Shown here: positions 1-10,488 of the stretch, piece after piece | Layout: the number at the start of each line of letters is the position of its first letter | Position numbering within the stretch: the first letter of the stretch is position 1 | Source: an uncultured Veillonella sp. | Lineage (GTDB): Bacteria; Bacillota; Negativicutes; Veillonellales; Veillonellaceae | Assembly: GCA_902477915.1 (NCBI GenBank) | Contig: CABSJA010000003.1 | Span: 3,156-67,155, forward strand | Direction of reading: 5' to 3' | DNA: 64,000 bases | Position numbers and translations under genes: made by a program | The notes under the pieces: generated by a model | Told to the model about the DNA's origin: nothing | The model's input: only the letters and a program-made list of their open reading frames with translations | Databases searched by the model: none

Positions 1-520
1 ATACAACAGCTGCAGGGTCAGCCCCTTCTTTATGTTTAACGATAGGTACACCTACGCGATCTGCCCAGATAGACAATTGATCAGCCGCAGCGGCACGGAA
101 TGTATCACCTGCAGCGATAATTACCTTTTTGCCTTCTTTAGTGTAATAGTTAGCTAACTTAGCAATAGTCGTAGTTTTACCGACACCATTTACCCCAACT
201 ACAAGGATAACCTCTGGATGATGAAGTGTAATTTCATCCTCTTGGTCAACTAACATTTCTGTGATGCGGTCTTCCATAAACGGCATTACATCACCCGTAT
301 TGTTGATGATACCTTCCGTTACACCACGACGAATTTCTCTCATCAAGTATTCTGTCGTTTTAGGACCTAAGTCACTAGTGAGCATAACTGCTTCTAAATC
401 ATCTAAGAAATCATCATCAATTTGAGCATAACCGATAACGATACTTTCTACGTTTTTTACAAAAGACTTACGAGTTTTCTCCAAGCCCTCTTTAATTCTA
501 TCAAAGAATCCAAATGCCAT
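1..520 (-). CDS. ftsY: Signal recognition particle receptor FtsY (5' part; runs off window start)
   Basis: ATG at 520 overlaps the smc stop (TAATG); reads MAFGFFDRIKEGLEKTRK...VGVNGVGKTTTIAKLA...AAGDTFRAAA, the SRP GTPase motifs. Confidence 0.95.
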   Translation of the reverse strand, partial: MAFGFFDRIKEGLEKTRKSFVKNVESIVIGYAQIDDDFLDDLEAVMLTSDLGPKTTEYLMREIRRGVTEGIINNTGDVMPFMEDRITEMLVDQEDEITLHHPEVILVVGVNGVGKTTTIAKLANYYTKEGKKVIIAAGDTFRAAAADQLSIWADRVGVPIVKHKEGADPAAVV

Positions 521-3500
521 TATGCTAGATCCTCCTTCACATCTTCAAATGCTACTGTTAATAATCGCGATACGCCCCGTTCAACCATGGTCACCCCTTG
601 TAATACTTCGGCAGCTTCCATCGTCTTTTTACGATGCGATACTACGATAAATTGTGTTTCTTTATTTACCCGATTTAAGTAAGAACTAAATCGTTCTACA
701 TTGGCTTCATCAAGCGCTGCATCAACTTCGTCAAGCACACAGAATGGAGCTGGACGATAGTCTAGGAACGAGAACAATAAAGCAATAACCGTAAGGGCAC
801 GCTCTCCACCGGATAACAAGGTCAATTGTTGTCGCTTCTTCCCTGGCGGCTGAATGTAGAAATCGATACCACCAGTTAAGATATTATCTGGATCAGTCAG
901 TACAATTTGAGCTGTACCACCGCCAAACAGTTGGCTAAATACCTCTTGGAATCTGCGACCTACCACATCTAATACATCGTATAGCTGTGTACTCATGGCC
1001 TTATCCATTTCAGCAATAACAGCTTGCAATTGCTCCTTCGCCGTATCTAAATCTGCTAACTGTGTAGTTAAGAAATCATAACGCTCTTTAGTTTCTTCAT
1101 ATTCTTCAACAGCGTTCGGATTGACTGGGCCTAGTTCAGCAATTTCTGCCATCAAGCGAGCCTGCTCATCCTTCCAATCGTTTACAGAGCCTTCAATGCG
1201 AAGAGCCTGCGCATCTTCTAAGGTAAAGCCTAACTCTTGTAGTTCTTCTACAAAGCGCTCACAATCCATGCGATGACGTGTAATCTTACCTTCCATATCG
1301 ACGAGTCGACCTTGAACTACTTTATAACGTTGGTTTAACCGGTCTTGTTCGCTCAAGATAGCTTCCAATTCCTCGCGACCTGTAGACGTATTTTCATAGG
1401 CCTCATCGCGAAGAGCTCGCAATCGTTCAACCTCCGCTGTAGCCACAGCTAGTTCCCGATCAGCCAATTCCTTAGCCTTAGGTAACTCCACTTCACAACG
1501 CTCTGTAGTACTAATTAACAAATTACGTAACGGTGTTAGTCGCTCTACAATGTTAGCAATGGATTGATTACGTTGTTCTCGCTGAGTTACACGTTCCTTA
1601 ATGGTTTGTCGCAACGTATCACAGGTGAGGCGTGCCTCTGTGAAAGCTTCATACGCCTCTTGCTGTACCTTTTGTAATACAGTTAAACGCTCCATTAAGG
1701 CCCCTTGATTGCCCTCTACACCGTGGTCTTCTTGCAAAGAAGCCAATGCTGTTTCTTGGTCTTTCAAGTTAGCCGTTGTACTAGCTAAATCAATATCGAT
1801 TTGTAATAAACGTTGCTCTTCTTCACAGAGAACACGCTTCTTACGATCTATTTGATTTTGAATATTTTGTACCTTTGTTTCGCTAGCCACATACAGTAAG
1901 TTCGTATGTTGATAGCTTTCATCAAGGGCACCTCGTTCTTTTTCAGCTTCGTCAACCCGTTTTTCAAGGTTTTCCAAGCTAGCTGTTAAGGAACGAATTT
2001 GTTCTTCAATTTGCAATAGCTCTTGTTCAAGGCTAACCGCCTCTTCCTTACGGCTCAATACAGAGGCACGCTTACGCTTTGTAGCACCACCAGTTAAAGA
2101 GCCACCAGGTTGGAATTGTTCCCCTGTAAGCGTAACGATACGCAATTGTTGATTATATTTTTTTTGCAGACCAATAGCATCATCCATGGAGGATACTACC
2201 AAGGTGCGCCCCAATAAGTATTGGAAAATATGAGCGTATGTATTATCAAAGGAAATACAATCAACAGCAGTGCCGATTACACAACTTTCATGTAAAGCCG
2301 GCGTATCATAAGGTTTTCCTTTTACAGAATCCATCGGCAAGAAGGTTACGCGACCACCTTGGATAGATTTCAAATACTTAACGCCTTCGGCAGCAGCGCG
2401 AGCAGTAGTGGTCACAACGTGGTTAACACTACCACCTAATGCCGTTTCGATAGCCGTAGTATATTTATCTTCTACCGTAAAGAGATCACCAACAGCACCT
2501 GTAATTTGTTCGCGCCAAGATCCTTTACCGTTTAGGATATTCTTAGTACCTTCTAAATAGCCTTCATGTTGTTCTTCCCATTGGGCTAATAATTCGATAC
2601 GACCTTTAACACGTTGCTCTTGGGTACGTAATTTTTGTAATTCTTTGCGTTCTTCACGAACTTGTAAGGCTGCTTCTTTACCGCCATCAACGAGGGCTTG
2701 TCGTTGTGCAGAAATAGCATTAAACTGTTGGCCTAATGTGTCAAATTCACCGCGAGCTGCTTGTAATTCACTATCTACGTGACCTATTTCAGCCTTTAAA
2801 ACCTCACATTGTTTTGTAGATTCTTCCTTACGAGCTTCTAAGCTACGAATACTAGCTTTTGCTGTTTCAATAGCGCTCACAAGTTCTAATTGATGTTGCT
2901 CAAAGGCTTCTCGATTAGACTGCAAGGACTGGAACTTTGCTTGCTCGGCACTAACATCTTCAACAGCTTTTTTATAATTCGCCTCTAACTCTTCTAGCTT
3001 AGATTCTTTCTCTACTAGTTGAGCACTTTCATCTTGAATCAATTGATTTAAAATGCGCAATTGTTGTTCTTCGCCCTTTTGCGTAGCTTCTAATTCGCTA
3101 ATACGCATAGATGTTTCATCTAATTCACGACGAGCTGTCTTCAACTGCTCGTCTAACAGACGTAAATGACCTGCTAAACGTTCTTCATCACGTTGCTTTT
3201 CCGTATACTGAGCTTCCCACAACTTGAGTTGTTCTTGCTCTTTTGTTGATGTGGATTGCAAGGTATGACGGCGAGCTTCCAATTTAGACAATTCAGTTTG
3301 AAGCTCAATCTCTTCATCCTTAAATGCAATATTATCATTTTCAAAACGCGTTAATAAACGATCAGAGGTCTTATAATTGTGAAAGCCTAATGCCCCATCA
3401 TAGTCGCGCTTTGTACGACTTAAGGTCATATACTTTTTAGTCTTTTCCGCCTTTTCAGACAAAGGTCCTAGTTGCTCTTCGATAGTAGCCATTACGTCGC

Positions 3501-4074
3501 GTACGCGTTCCATATTTCGGTCTGTGCTAGCAATACGACGCAATGCATCTTCTTTATTGATTTTAAAACGAGAAATACCTGCTACATCTTCAAAGATCAA
3601 ACGACGCTCTTCAGGCTTTGAATTCAAAATAGCATCAATGCGGTTCTGACCGATAATAGCCATTGAGTCTTTCCCCAGGCCTGTATCAGCTAATAAAAGA
3701 TGAATATCCTTTAAACGACAAGAGCGTTTATTGATAAGGAACTCACTTTCACCAGTACGATAAATACGGCGTGTAATAGCCACCTCAGCCATATCTACAT
3801 CTAATTGTTGGTCACTATTGTCAAATACAAGTGTAACCTCAGCTGCACTCATTGGTTTACGTTTTTCCGTACCAGAGAAAATAATATCCTCTGCTTTTTG
3901 ACCACGTAAGTTACGGACATTGGATTCCCCTAAAACCCATTTCATAGCATCCGTAATATTACTTTTACCACTTCCGTTAGGTCCAATAACGGCAGTCATT
4001 CCTGGCGAGAATTTTACAACCGTTTTATCTGCAAACGATTTAAAGCCCTTTAATTCTAACCGAAGTAATTGCAT
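520..4074 (-). CDS. smc: Chromosome segregation protein SMC
   Basis: GPNGSGKSN Walker A, coiled coils, hinge (GRVTFLP), LSGGE signature, LDEVDAALD. Confidence 0.98.
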   Translation of the reverse strand: MQLLRLELKGFKSFADKTVVKFSPGMTAVIGPNGSGKSNITDAMKWVLGESNVRNLRGQKAEDIIFSGTEKRKPMSAAEVTLVFDNSDQQLDVDMAEVAITRRIYRTGESEFLINKRSCRLKDIHLLLADTGLGKDSMAIIGQNRIDAILNSKPEERRLIFEDVAGISRFKINKEDALRRIASTDRNMERVRDVMATIEEQLGPLSEKAEKTKKYMTLSRTKRDYDGALGFHNYKTSDRLLTRFENDNIAFKDEEIELQTELSKLEARRHTLQSTSTKEQEQLKLWEAQYTEKQRDEERLAGHLRLLDEQLKTARRELDETSMRISELEATQKGEEQQLRILNQLIQDESAQLVEKESKLEELEANYKKAVEDVSAEQAKFQSLQSNREAFEQHQLELVSAIETAKASIRSLEARKEESTKQCEVLKAEIGHVDSELQAARGEFDTLGQQFNAISAQRQALVDGGKEAALQVREERKELQKLRTQEQRVKGRIELLAQWEEQHEGYLEGTKNILNGKGSWREQITGAVGDLFTVEDKYTTAIETALGGSVNHVVTTTARAAAEGVKYLKSIQGGRVTFLPMDSVKGKPYDTPALHESCVIGTAVDCISFDNTYAHIFQYLLGRTLVVSSMDDAIGLQKKYNQQLRIVTLTGEQFQPGGSLTGGATKRKRASVLSRKEEAVSLEQELLQIEEQIRSLTASLENLEKRVDEAEKERGALDESYQHTNLLYVASETKVQNIQNQIDRKKRVLCEEEQRLLQIDIDLASTTANLKDQETALASLQEDHGVEGNQGALMERLTVLQKVQQEAYEAFTEARLTCDTLRQTIKERVTQREQRNQSIANIVERLTPLRNLLISTTERCEVELPKAKELADRELAVATAEVERLRALRDEAYENTSTGREELEAILSEQDRLNQRYKVVQGRLVDMEGKITRHRMDCERFVEELQELGFTLEDAQALRIEGSVNDWKDEQARLMAEIAELGPVNPNAVEEYEETKERYDFLTTQLADLDTAKEQLQAVIAEMDKAMSTQLYDVLDVVGRRFQEVFSQLFGGGTAQIVLTDPDNILTGGIDFYIQPPGKKRQQLTLLSGGERALTVIALLFSFLDYRPAPFCVLDEVDAALDEANVERFSSYLNRVNKETQFIVVSHRKKTMEAAEVLQGVTMVERGVSRLLTVAFEDVKEDLA

Positions 4075-4119
4075 GACTGCCTCCTTTCTACTAACAACCC
4101 CGAATAATCATATCTTTTA

Positions 4120-5262
4120 TTATAACATATATTGTAGGCCATCAATACAGCAACGAACAGTATTTCTCGTATTATCTTCACACCAATCTATGCTAAATTG
4201 AGGATACATTTCTTGAAAATATAAAATATTGCGATTTTTGAGACCTCGCACCTTTGATGTACTGCTTCTAGGATAAGAAATTACAATCCTATGTTTCATA
4301 AAAATATTACCACTATCCGAATAAAATCTACATCCTACCTTATGGGTATGGTAACAATCAAAATGAGAAAAATTGTAATCATTTTGCTTTCCTAATAAAT
4401 TTTCTGAAGAAAGATGTTCATCAATACATCTTTCAATACGTTGTTTATATTGTTCATTTACAACGAGCTCACCCATAGCAGGTTCATAGGGACCTGCTAC
4501 CAAACTATTGCCTGAATCGAGCTCTTCCGTGCTTTGTAATCCTGTACGTATAACTTCAATATTATGTTCTTCAAACCATTCCTTTAAGAATGCACAATAT
4601 TTAATAGCTTGCTCAGTACTTAATGGCTCATATTCACCAGATCTATATTGATCTGCTAGTTCTGTATTTTCTATAACAAGAACAGGATAGATTCGAACAA
4701 AATCTGGTTCTAGTTTAACTACAGCAATAGCGGTTTCTAGAATGGTTTCCCAAGTTTCACCTTTTAATCCTGGTAAAAGCTGAACACCTACAGTCATTCC
4801 ACATTGCTTTAATCGCGCAACAGCATCTACTACCTCTTGTGCTGTGTGACCGCGCTTAGCATCGACTAAAATACCATCATTCATAGATTGTACGCCAAGC
4901 TCTACTGTTTTTACGCCATAGGATTGTAACAATGAGATAACCTCATCCCCAACAGCATCAGGCCGTGTAGAGCAACGTATACCATCGATTATGTCCTGTT
5001 GTAACATCTCATAAGCTGGTGCTAATAAGGTATGTTGCAAATCGCGATGAATGGCTGTAAAAGAGCCTCCATAAAAGGCGACCTCCCAAAACTTATCATT
5101 TCGTTTTTTACCCATATAATCTGTAATCGTTTTTTTTATATAATCCGGTGTTAGGTGACTAATACCAGATTGGCCTGTAATACGGGACTGGTTACAAAAT
5201 GTACATACATAAGGACACCCTACATGAGGTATAAAAAAAGGTATCATACCAAATGGTTTCAT
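4120..5262 (-). CDS. Elp3/YhcC-like radical SAM protein without an acetyltransferase domain
   Basis: CPYVCTFC (CxxxCxxC), FYGGSFT, STRPD, VELGVQS; ATG at 5262 follows an AGGAG RBS. Confidence 0.85.
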   Translation of the reverse strand: MKPFGMIPFFIPHVGCPYVCTFCNQSRITGQSGISHLTPDYIKKTITDYMGKKRNDKFWEVAFYGGSFTAIHRDLQHTLLAPAYEMLQQDIIDGIRCSTRPDAVGDEVISLLQSYGVKTVELGVQSMNDGILVDAKRGHTAQEVVDAVARLKQCGMTVGVQLLPGLKGETWETILETAIAVVKLEPDFVRIYPVLVIENTELADQYRSGEYEPLSTEQAIKYCAFLKEWFEEHNIEVIRTGLQSTEELDSGNSLVAGPYEPAMGELVVNEQYKQRIERCIDEHLSSENLLGKQNDYNFSHFDCYHTHKVGCRFYSDSGNIFMKHRIVISYPRSSTSKVRGLKNRNILYFQEMYPQFSIDWCEDNTRNTVRCCIDGLQYML

Positions 5263-5435
5263 AGTCACTCTCCTTTCTTATATAAAATAAACTCAGCCAA
5301 AACCTTTTATATTAATATATTAATATCCATGTATTTAATCCTTATGATATGTAATTAATATATTAAGATATAAGGCTTTCGATACAACGATTATAAGATA
5401 AATATATTTACTATTCTATATACTATTATACAGAA

Positions 5436-5457
5436 AAAAGCGCCATTAGGCGCTTTT
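5436..5457 (-). terminator. Intrinsic terminator after rnc
   Basis: AAAAGCGCC-atta-GGCGCTTTT hairpin with a T-run on the minus strand. Confidence 0.7.
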
Positions 5458-6195
5458 CTATTTGGCCATTAACTTTTCTAACGTTAATTGAGCCGCATGT
5501 TGTTCTGCAATTTTTTTACTTTTACCAGAGCCGGCCTCGTAAGTAACACCATTGATTTCGACCACCATATGGAAGGTCTTAGCATGGTCGGGACCACTTT
5601 CACTGAGCAAACGATAGACGATATGTTTATCACCATCCCGTTGCACATATTCTTGTAACAAGGTTTTATAATCCTTGCCCCGTTTACCTTCTAAAGCTTG
5701 CTTGATATAAGTAATGAGATGTTTTAAAACGAAGTTCATTGCCGTTTGGTAATCTGTAGAAATATAGATAGCACCAATGAGAGACTCAAAGGTATCCGCT
5801 AAAATAGAATTACGATTATTGCCACCAGAAGCACTTTCACCATGACCGAGCAATAAATATTGCCCCAATTGCAAAGAACGACTTACAGATGCTAAAGAAT
5901 CTTCACACACTGTAGCGGCCTTAATTTTCGTCAAATTACCTTCGGCCATGTCTGGATATGTCTTAAATAGGTATTCCCCAATAATAAGATCCAAAACAGC
6001 ATCGCCTAAAAACTCTAATCGCTGATTGTGATTAATATGCTTTGATTTATGTTCATTCGCATAAGATGTATGTGTAAAAGCACAATCTAAAATGGATATA
6101 TCTGACACAGGTATGTCTAAACGAGCAACAAGCCCATGAAGAGATTCTTCACGAGCTTGTGTCATCTTACTCTTATGCGCTTCAACAGCTACCAT
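5458..6195 (-). CDS. rnc: Ribonuclease III
   Basis: NQRLEFLGDAVL signature; C-terminal dsRBD (DYKTLLQE...SKKIAEQHAA). Confidence 0.97.
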   Translation of the reverse strand: MVAVEAHKSKMTQAREESLHGLVARLDIPVSDISILDCAFTHTSYANEHKSKHINHNQRLEFLGDAVLDLIIGEYLFKTYPDMAEGNLTKIKAATVCEDSLASVSRSLQLGQYLLLGHGESASGGNNRNSILADTFESLIGAIYISTDYQTAMNFVLKHLITYIKQALEGKRGKDYKTLLQEYVQRDGDKHIVYRLLSESGPDHAKTFHMVVEINGVTYEAGSGKSKKIAEQHAAQLTLEKLMAK

Positions 6196-7439
6196 TAGCC
6201 TTCATAACGGCGTACGCAAAGTGTACCGTTATGACCACCAAAACCGAAAGAGTTGGAAAGAGCACATTTAACTTGAAGGTCACGTGCACCTTCGCGAACA
6301 TAGTCAAGATCCAAACCTTCATCAGGGTTGTCACAGTTGATTGTAGGATGAACTTTGCCAGTTTCGATAGCCATCGCCATAACGATAGTTTCGATAGCAC
6401 CAGCAGCACCTAACAAGTGACCTGTCATGGATTTTGTAGAGTTAACAGCGATGTCTTTAGCATGATCGCCGAATAATTCTTTAATAGCCAATGTTTCATT
6501 TTTGTCATTAAGGCCAGTAGATGTACCATGAGCATTGATGTAGTTAACGTCTTTAGGATCGATACCTGCATCTTTAATTGCTAATTCCATACATTTACGA
6601 GCTTGTACACCACCTGGAGCTGGTGCAGTAATGTGGTAAGCATCGCCATTAGTACCATAACCTACAACTTCAGCGTAGATATGAGCACCACGAGCTTTTG
6701 CGTGTTCTAATTCTTCAAGAACAACGATACCAGAACCTTCACCCATTACGAAACCATCGCGATCGCGGTCAAATGGACGAGATGCTTTTGTTGGTTCGTC
6801 ATTGCGTGTAGACATAGCTTTCATAGCTGCGAAACCAGCTACAGCTGCAGGAGATACAGCCGCTTCAGTACCACCGGCAAACATAATATCAGCATCACCA
6901 CGTTGGATAATACGGAAAGCATCGCCAATAGCATTTGTACCAGAAGTACAAGCTGTTACGTCTGTAATAACAGGACCTTTAAGGCCAAGACGGATGGATA
7001 CACGTGCAGATGTCATATTGGCAATCATCATAGGAACTGCAAATGGACTTACACGGCCAGGACCTTTTTCGAATAATGTTTCATATACTTCATGGATGGA
7101 GTCGATACCGCCAATACCAGTACCAACTACAGTACCACAACGATCTAAATCTTGTTTATCTAAATCAAGATCAGCATCTTCACAAGCAAGAACAGCAGCA
7201 CCGATAGCCAATTCTACAGAACGGTCCATACGACGAGCTTCTTTCTTGTCTACGCCATAGTTTGTAACATCAAAATCTTTTACTTCACCAGCAATACGCG
7301 TTGCATAGTCAGATGCATCAAAGCGTGTAATTGGCCCAATACCAGATTGACCTGCCAATAACGCATTGTAAAAGTTCTCTTTACCGATACCTACAGGAGT
7401 CACTGCCCCTAAGCCAGTAATTACTACACGTTTTTCCAA
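6195..7439 (-). CDS. fabF: 3-oxoacyl-ACP synthase II
   Basis: TACTSG, INAHGTST, KSMTGHLLGAAG, SNSFGFGGHN. Confidence 0.97.
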   Translation of the reverse strand: MEKRVVITGLGAVTPVGIGKENFYNALLAGQSGIGPITRFDASDYATRIAGEVKDFDVTNYGVDKKEARRMDRSVELAIGAAVLACEDADLDLDKQDLDRCGTVVGTGIGGIDSIHEVYETLFEKGPGRVSPFAVPMMIANMTSARVSIRLGLKGPVITDVTACTSGTNAIGDAFRIIQRGDADIMFAGGTEAAVSPAAVAGFAAMKAMSTRNDEPTKASRPFDRDRDGFVMGEGSGIVVLEELEHAKARGAHIYAEVVGYGTNGDAYHITAPAPGGVQARKCMELAIKDAGIDPKDVNYINAHGTSTGLNDKNETLAIKELFGDHAKDIAVNSTKSMTGHLLGAAGAIETIVMAMAIETGKVHPTINCDNPDEGLDLDYVREGARDLQVKCALSNSFGFGGHNGTLCVRRYEG

Positions 7440-7475
7440 TTATTCCACCTCTTATAGCTATACAGCCCTTTTAAA

Positions 7476-8432
7476 TTAATCAATCTCTGCTACTTGCTGT
7501 TTTAGTTGAGCAAAGATATCTTTAACTGGCATAATCTTGTCGACTTTTCTCATATTATTGCCAGAGAACACCAAACCTGTTTCCACATCACCTTGTTGTG
7601 CACGAGAAAGAGCACGGATGATACAGAATTTATGGGAACAATGTTTCAAACAGTTATCACACACCGTTGGAGGTGCTACAGTACCGTCTAATACAGATTC
7701 AGCAAATTTATTTTTAATTGCTTGTCCAGGCAAACCTACAGGACTTTGAATTAATACAATATCCTCAGGATTAGTAGCCCGTACATACATTTTTTTCAAT
7801 TCGTCAGATGCATTACATTCATCAGAAGCAGCAAAACGGCTACCCATTTGAACGCCACTAGCACCTAATTTCAACATTTCTACGATGTCACGACCATCAA
7901 GAACACCACCAGCACCAATAACTGGAATGTTTTTAACAGCAGCTACAACCTCTGGAACGATTTCTCGAGCGGAACGATCCGTCCCCAAGTGGCCACCAGC
8001 TTCGCAGCCTTCTACGATTACTGCTGCTGCACCTAAACCTTCAGAAATGCGAGCTAATTTTGCGGACGAAACAATTGGTACAATTGGCGTACCAGACTCT
8101 TTGCCCATTGCGAACATATCTCTTGAAAAACCAGCACCTGCTACTACAAGATCAATGCCTTCTTCGATGGCAGTCTTTACTAAACCAGCAAATTGAGTTG
8201 CTGCTACCATCGCATTTATACCAATAATACCCGTAGGTGATAATTTTCTAGCTAATTGTATTTCGTATCGTAATTCATCAAACGGCAAACCGGATGCTGC
8301 AATAAGGCCGATACCACCTTCATTTGCAACGGCTGCCGCCAAGCGAGCTGTAGACAATCTAATCGCCATACCACCTTGAATAATAGGTACTTTGGCCACT
8401 AGATTCCCAATGCGAAGTTCAGGGAGCTTCAC
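7476..8432 (-). CDS. Nitronate monooxygenase/FabK-family flavoprotein with C-terminal 4-Cys cluster (FabX/UfaA-like)
   Basis: PIIQGGM, EAGGHLG, GVQMGSRF, plus CDNCLKHC...FC near the C-terminus; GTG start after GGAGG. Confidence 0.8.
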   Translation of the reverse strand: MKLPELRIGNLVAKVPIIQGGMAIRLSTARLAAAVANEGGIGLIAASGLPFDELRYEIQLARKLSPTGIIGINAMVAATQFAGLVKTAIEEGIDLVVAGAGFSRDMFAMGKESGTPIVPIVSSAKLARISEGLGAAAVIVEGCEAGGHLGTDRSAREIVPEVVAAVKNIPVIGAGGVLDGRDIVEMLKLGASGVQMGSRFAASDECNASDELKKMYVRATNPEDIVLIQSPVGLPGQAIKNKFAESVLDGTVAPPTVCDNCLKHCSHKFCIIRALSRAQQGDVETGLVFSGNNMRKVDKIMPVKDIFAQLKQQVAEID

Positions 8433-8462
8433 TATCAAATCCTCCTGTAAATAAAACCGGTT

Positions 8463-8482
8463 GGGAGGCCACTCGGCCTCCC
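8463..8482 (-). terminator. GC-rich hairpin downstream of acpP (terminator or stabiliser)
   Basis: GGGAGGCC-actc-GGCCTCCC perfect stem. Confidence 0.6.
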
Positions 8483-8509
8483 GTACGGCTGAATTGTCAG
8501 CTTTACAGC

Positions 8510-8740
8510 TTATTTAGCAGAATCAATATATTCTACTGTATCCTTAACGGTTTTGATTTTTTCTGCAACATCGTCAGGGATTTCAACATTGAATTCTTCT
8601 TCGAATGCCATGATCAATTCAACGATATCTAAGGAGTCAGCGCCTAAGTCGTCGATGAATGTAGAATCAATGGTAACTTCAGCTTCATCAACGCCTAATT
8701 GTTCCACAACGATTGCTTTTACTTTATCGAAAGTGTTCAT
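8510..8740 (-). CDS. acpP: Acyl carrier protein
   Basis: [12 protein letters not shown] phosphopantetheine site; ATG at 8740 after AGGAGG. Confidence 0.97.
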   Translation of the reverse strand: MNTFDKVKAIVVEQLGVDEAEVTIDSTFIDDLGADSLDIVELIMAFEEEFNVEIPDDVAEKIKTVKDTVEYIDSAK

Positions 8741-8791
8741 TGGTGGTTCACCTCCTTTCAAAGTGTATTTATATATAGTCTAATTTTGAAA

Positions 8792-9535
8792 CTACATCAC
8801 CATACCGCCATCTACATTGATGACTTGGCCTGTAATATAGTTAGCAAAATCGCTAGCAAGGAATGTTGCTACTGTTGCTACTTCTTCAGCATTAGCCATA
8901 CGACCCAATGGAATTTCTGCAACCATAGCTTCTTTAACTTTTTCTGGTAATACATCAGTCATATCAGTATTGATAAATCCTGGTGCAATAGCATTAACAG
9001 TAATGCCACGACTTGCTAATTCTTTAGCACAGGATTTAGTAAAACCAATTACACCAGCTTTAGATGCTGCATAGTTAGTTTGACCCGCATTACCCATAAC
9101 GCCTACAACAGATGTCATATTGATAATATGACCAGAACGTTGTTTCATCATGATTTTAGATACTGCTTTAGTTACTAAATATACACCTTTAAGGTTGATA
9201 TCTATAACAGCATCAAAATCTTCGTCTTTCATACGCATCAATAAACCATCACGCGTAATCCCCGCATTATTTACGAGAATATCAATGTGACCAAACTCTT
9301 TATGAGCTTCTTCCACCATAGCTGCAACTTCATCAGCATTAGCTACATTGGCTTTAATTTTAATGGCTTTACGGCCTAAAGCTTGTACAGCTTCAACAGT
9401 TTCTTGAGCTGCACCTTCGCTACCGCTATAGTTAACGACCACATCAGCACCAGATTGTGCTAAATTGATAGCTACAGCGCGACCAATGCCACGGGATGCG
9501 CCAGTTACAATGGCTACTTTACCCTCTAAATGCAT
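8792..9535 (-). CDS. fabG: 3-oxoacyl-ACP reductase
   Basis: TGASRGIG, NNAGITRD, YAASK. Confidence 0.96.
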   Translation of the reverse strand: MHLEGKVAIVTGASRGIGRAVAINLAQSGADVVVNYSGSEGAAQETVEAVQALGRKAIKIKANVANADEVAAMVEEAHKEFGHIDILVNNAGITRDGLLMRMKDEDFDAVIDINLKGVYLVTKAVSKIMMKQRSGHIINMTSVVGVMGNAGQTNYAASKAGVIGFTKSCAKELASRGITVNAIAPGFINTDMTDVLPEKVKEAMVAEIPLGRMANAEEVATVATFLASDFANYITGQVINVDGGMVM

Positions 9536-9536
9536 T

Positions 9537-10478
9537 TTATCGAACCCCTTTCAAAAATTCAAGCGTTTTCTCTAAGGATGCAATGTCTTCAACATTGGCT
9601 AATTCCATATCTTTATTGATCTTTTTAGTAAAGCCAGTAAGTACTTTACCAGGACCTACTTCAACGAATCGAGTTACACCAAAGTTAACCATTTCAGCTA
9701 CGCAATCTTCCCACAATACAGGATTTGCAGCTTGTGTAACTAAGGATTCTTTAATATCGTTTGCATTAGTCAAAATTTTACCTGTCACATTTGCCACTAC
9801 AGGAATTTGAGCATCGCTCACTTGGATTTTATCCAACTCTTCTTTTAAACGTAGAGCTGCAGGTTCCATCAAACGGCTGTGGAATGGAGCACTTACAGGA
9901 AGCATAACAGCACGTTTTGCACCGGCTTCTTTCATCTTTTCTGCTGCAGTTTCTACCGCTGCTGTTTCACCAGCAATAACAATTTGACCTGGGCAGTTGA
10001 AGTTAACTGCTTGCACAGAACCAACAGAATCGTTAACCTCTTTACAAATTTCTACAACTTGTTCACGAGGTAAAGCTAGAATTGCTGCCATAGCACCTTT
10101 GCCCAATGGCACAGCTTCTTGCATATATTCACCGCGTTTATGAACAACATACACAGCATCTTTAAAATTCAATACACCTGCCGCTACAAGAGCACTGTAT
10201 TCACCAAGACTATGACCACCTACGATATCAGGTGTAAAGCCTTGTTCTTTAAGAACTTCATAGCAAGCTACAGATGCAGTTAAGATAGCCGGTTGTGTAT
10301 TAGCAGTTTTAACAAGTTCAGTATCAGGGCCTTCAAAGCACAATTTGGAAATAGAATAACCAAGCGCTTCGTCAGCTTCTTCAAAACGTTGTTTCACAAT
10401 AGGATATGCATTGTACAAATCTTGTAACATGCCTACTTTTTGGGAACCTTGACCAGGAAAAACAAATGCCGTTTTCAT
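9537..10478 (-). CDS. fabD: Malonyl-CoA:ACP transacylase
   Basis: FPGQGSQ, GHSLGEY, SAPFHS; start set at MKTAF after the RBS. Confidence 0.96.
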   Translation of the reverse strand: MKTAFVFPGQGSQKVGMLQDLYNAYPIVKQRFEEADEALGYSISKLCFEGPDTELVKTANTQPAILTASVACYEVLKEQGFTPDIVGGHSLGEYSALVAAGVLNFKDAVYVVHKRGEYMQEAVPLGKGAMAAILALPREQVVEICKEVNDSVGSVQAVNFNCPGQIVIAGETAAVETAAEKMKEAGAKRAVMLPVSAPFHSRLMEPAALRLKEELDKIQVSDAQIPVVANVTGKILTNANDIKESLVTQAANPVLWEDCVAEMVNFGVTRFVEVGPGKVLTGFTKKINKDMELANVEDIASLEKTLEFLKGVR

Positions 10479-10488
10479 AAGGGCCTCC

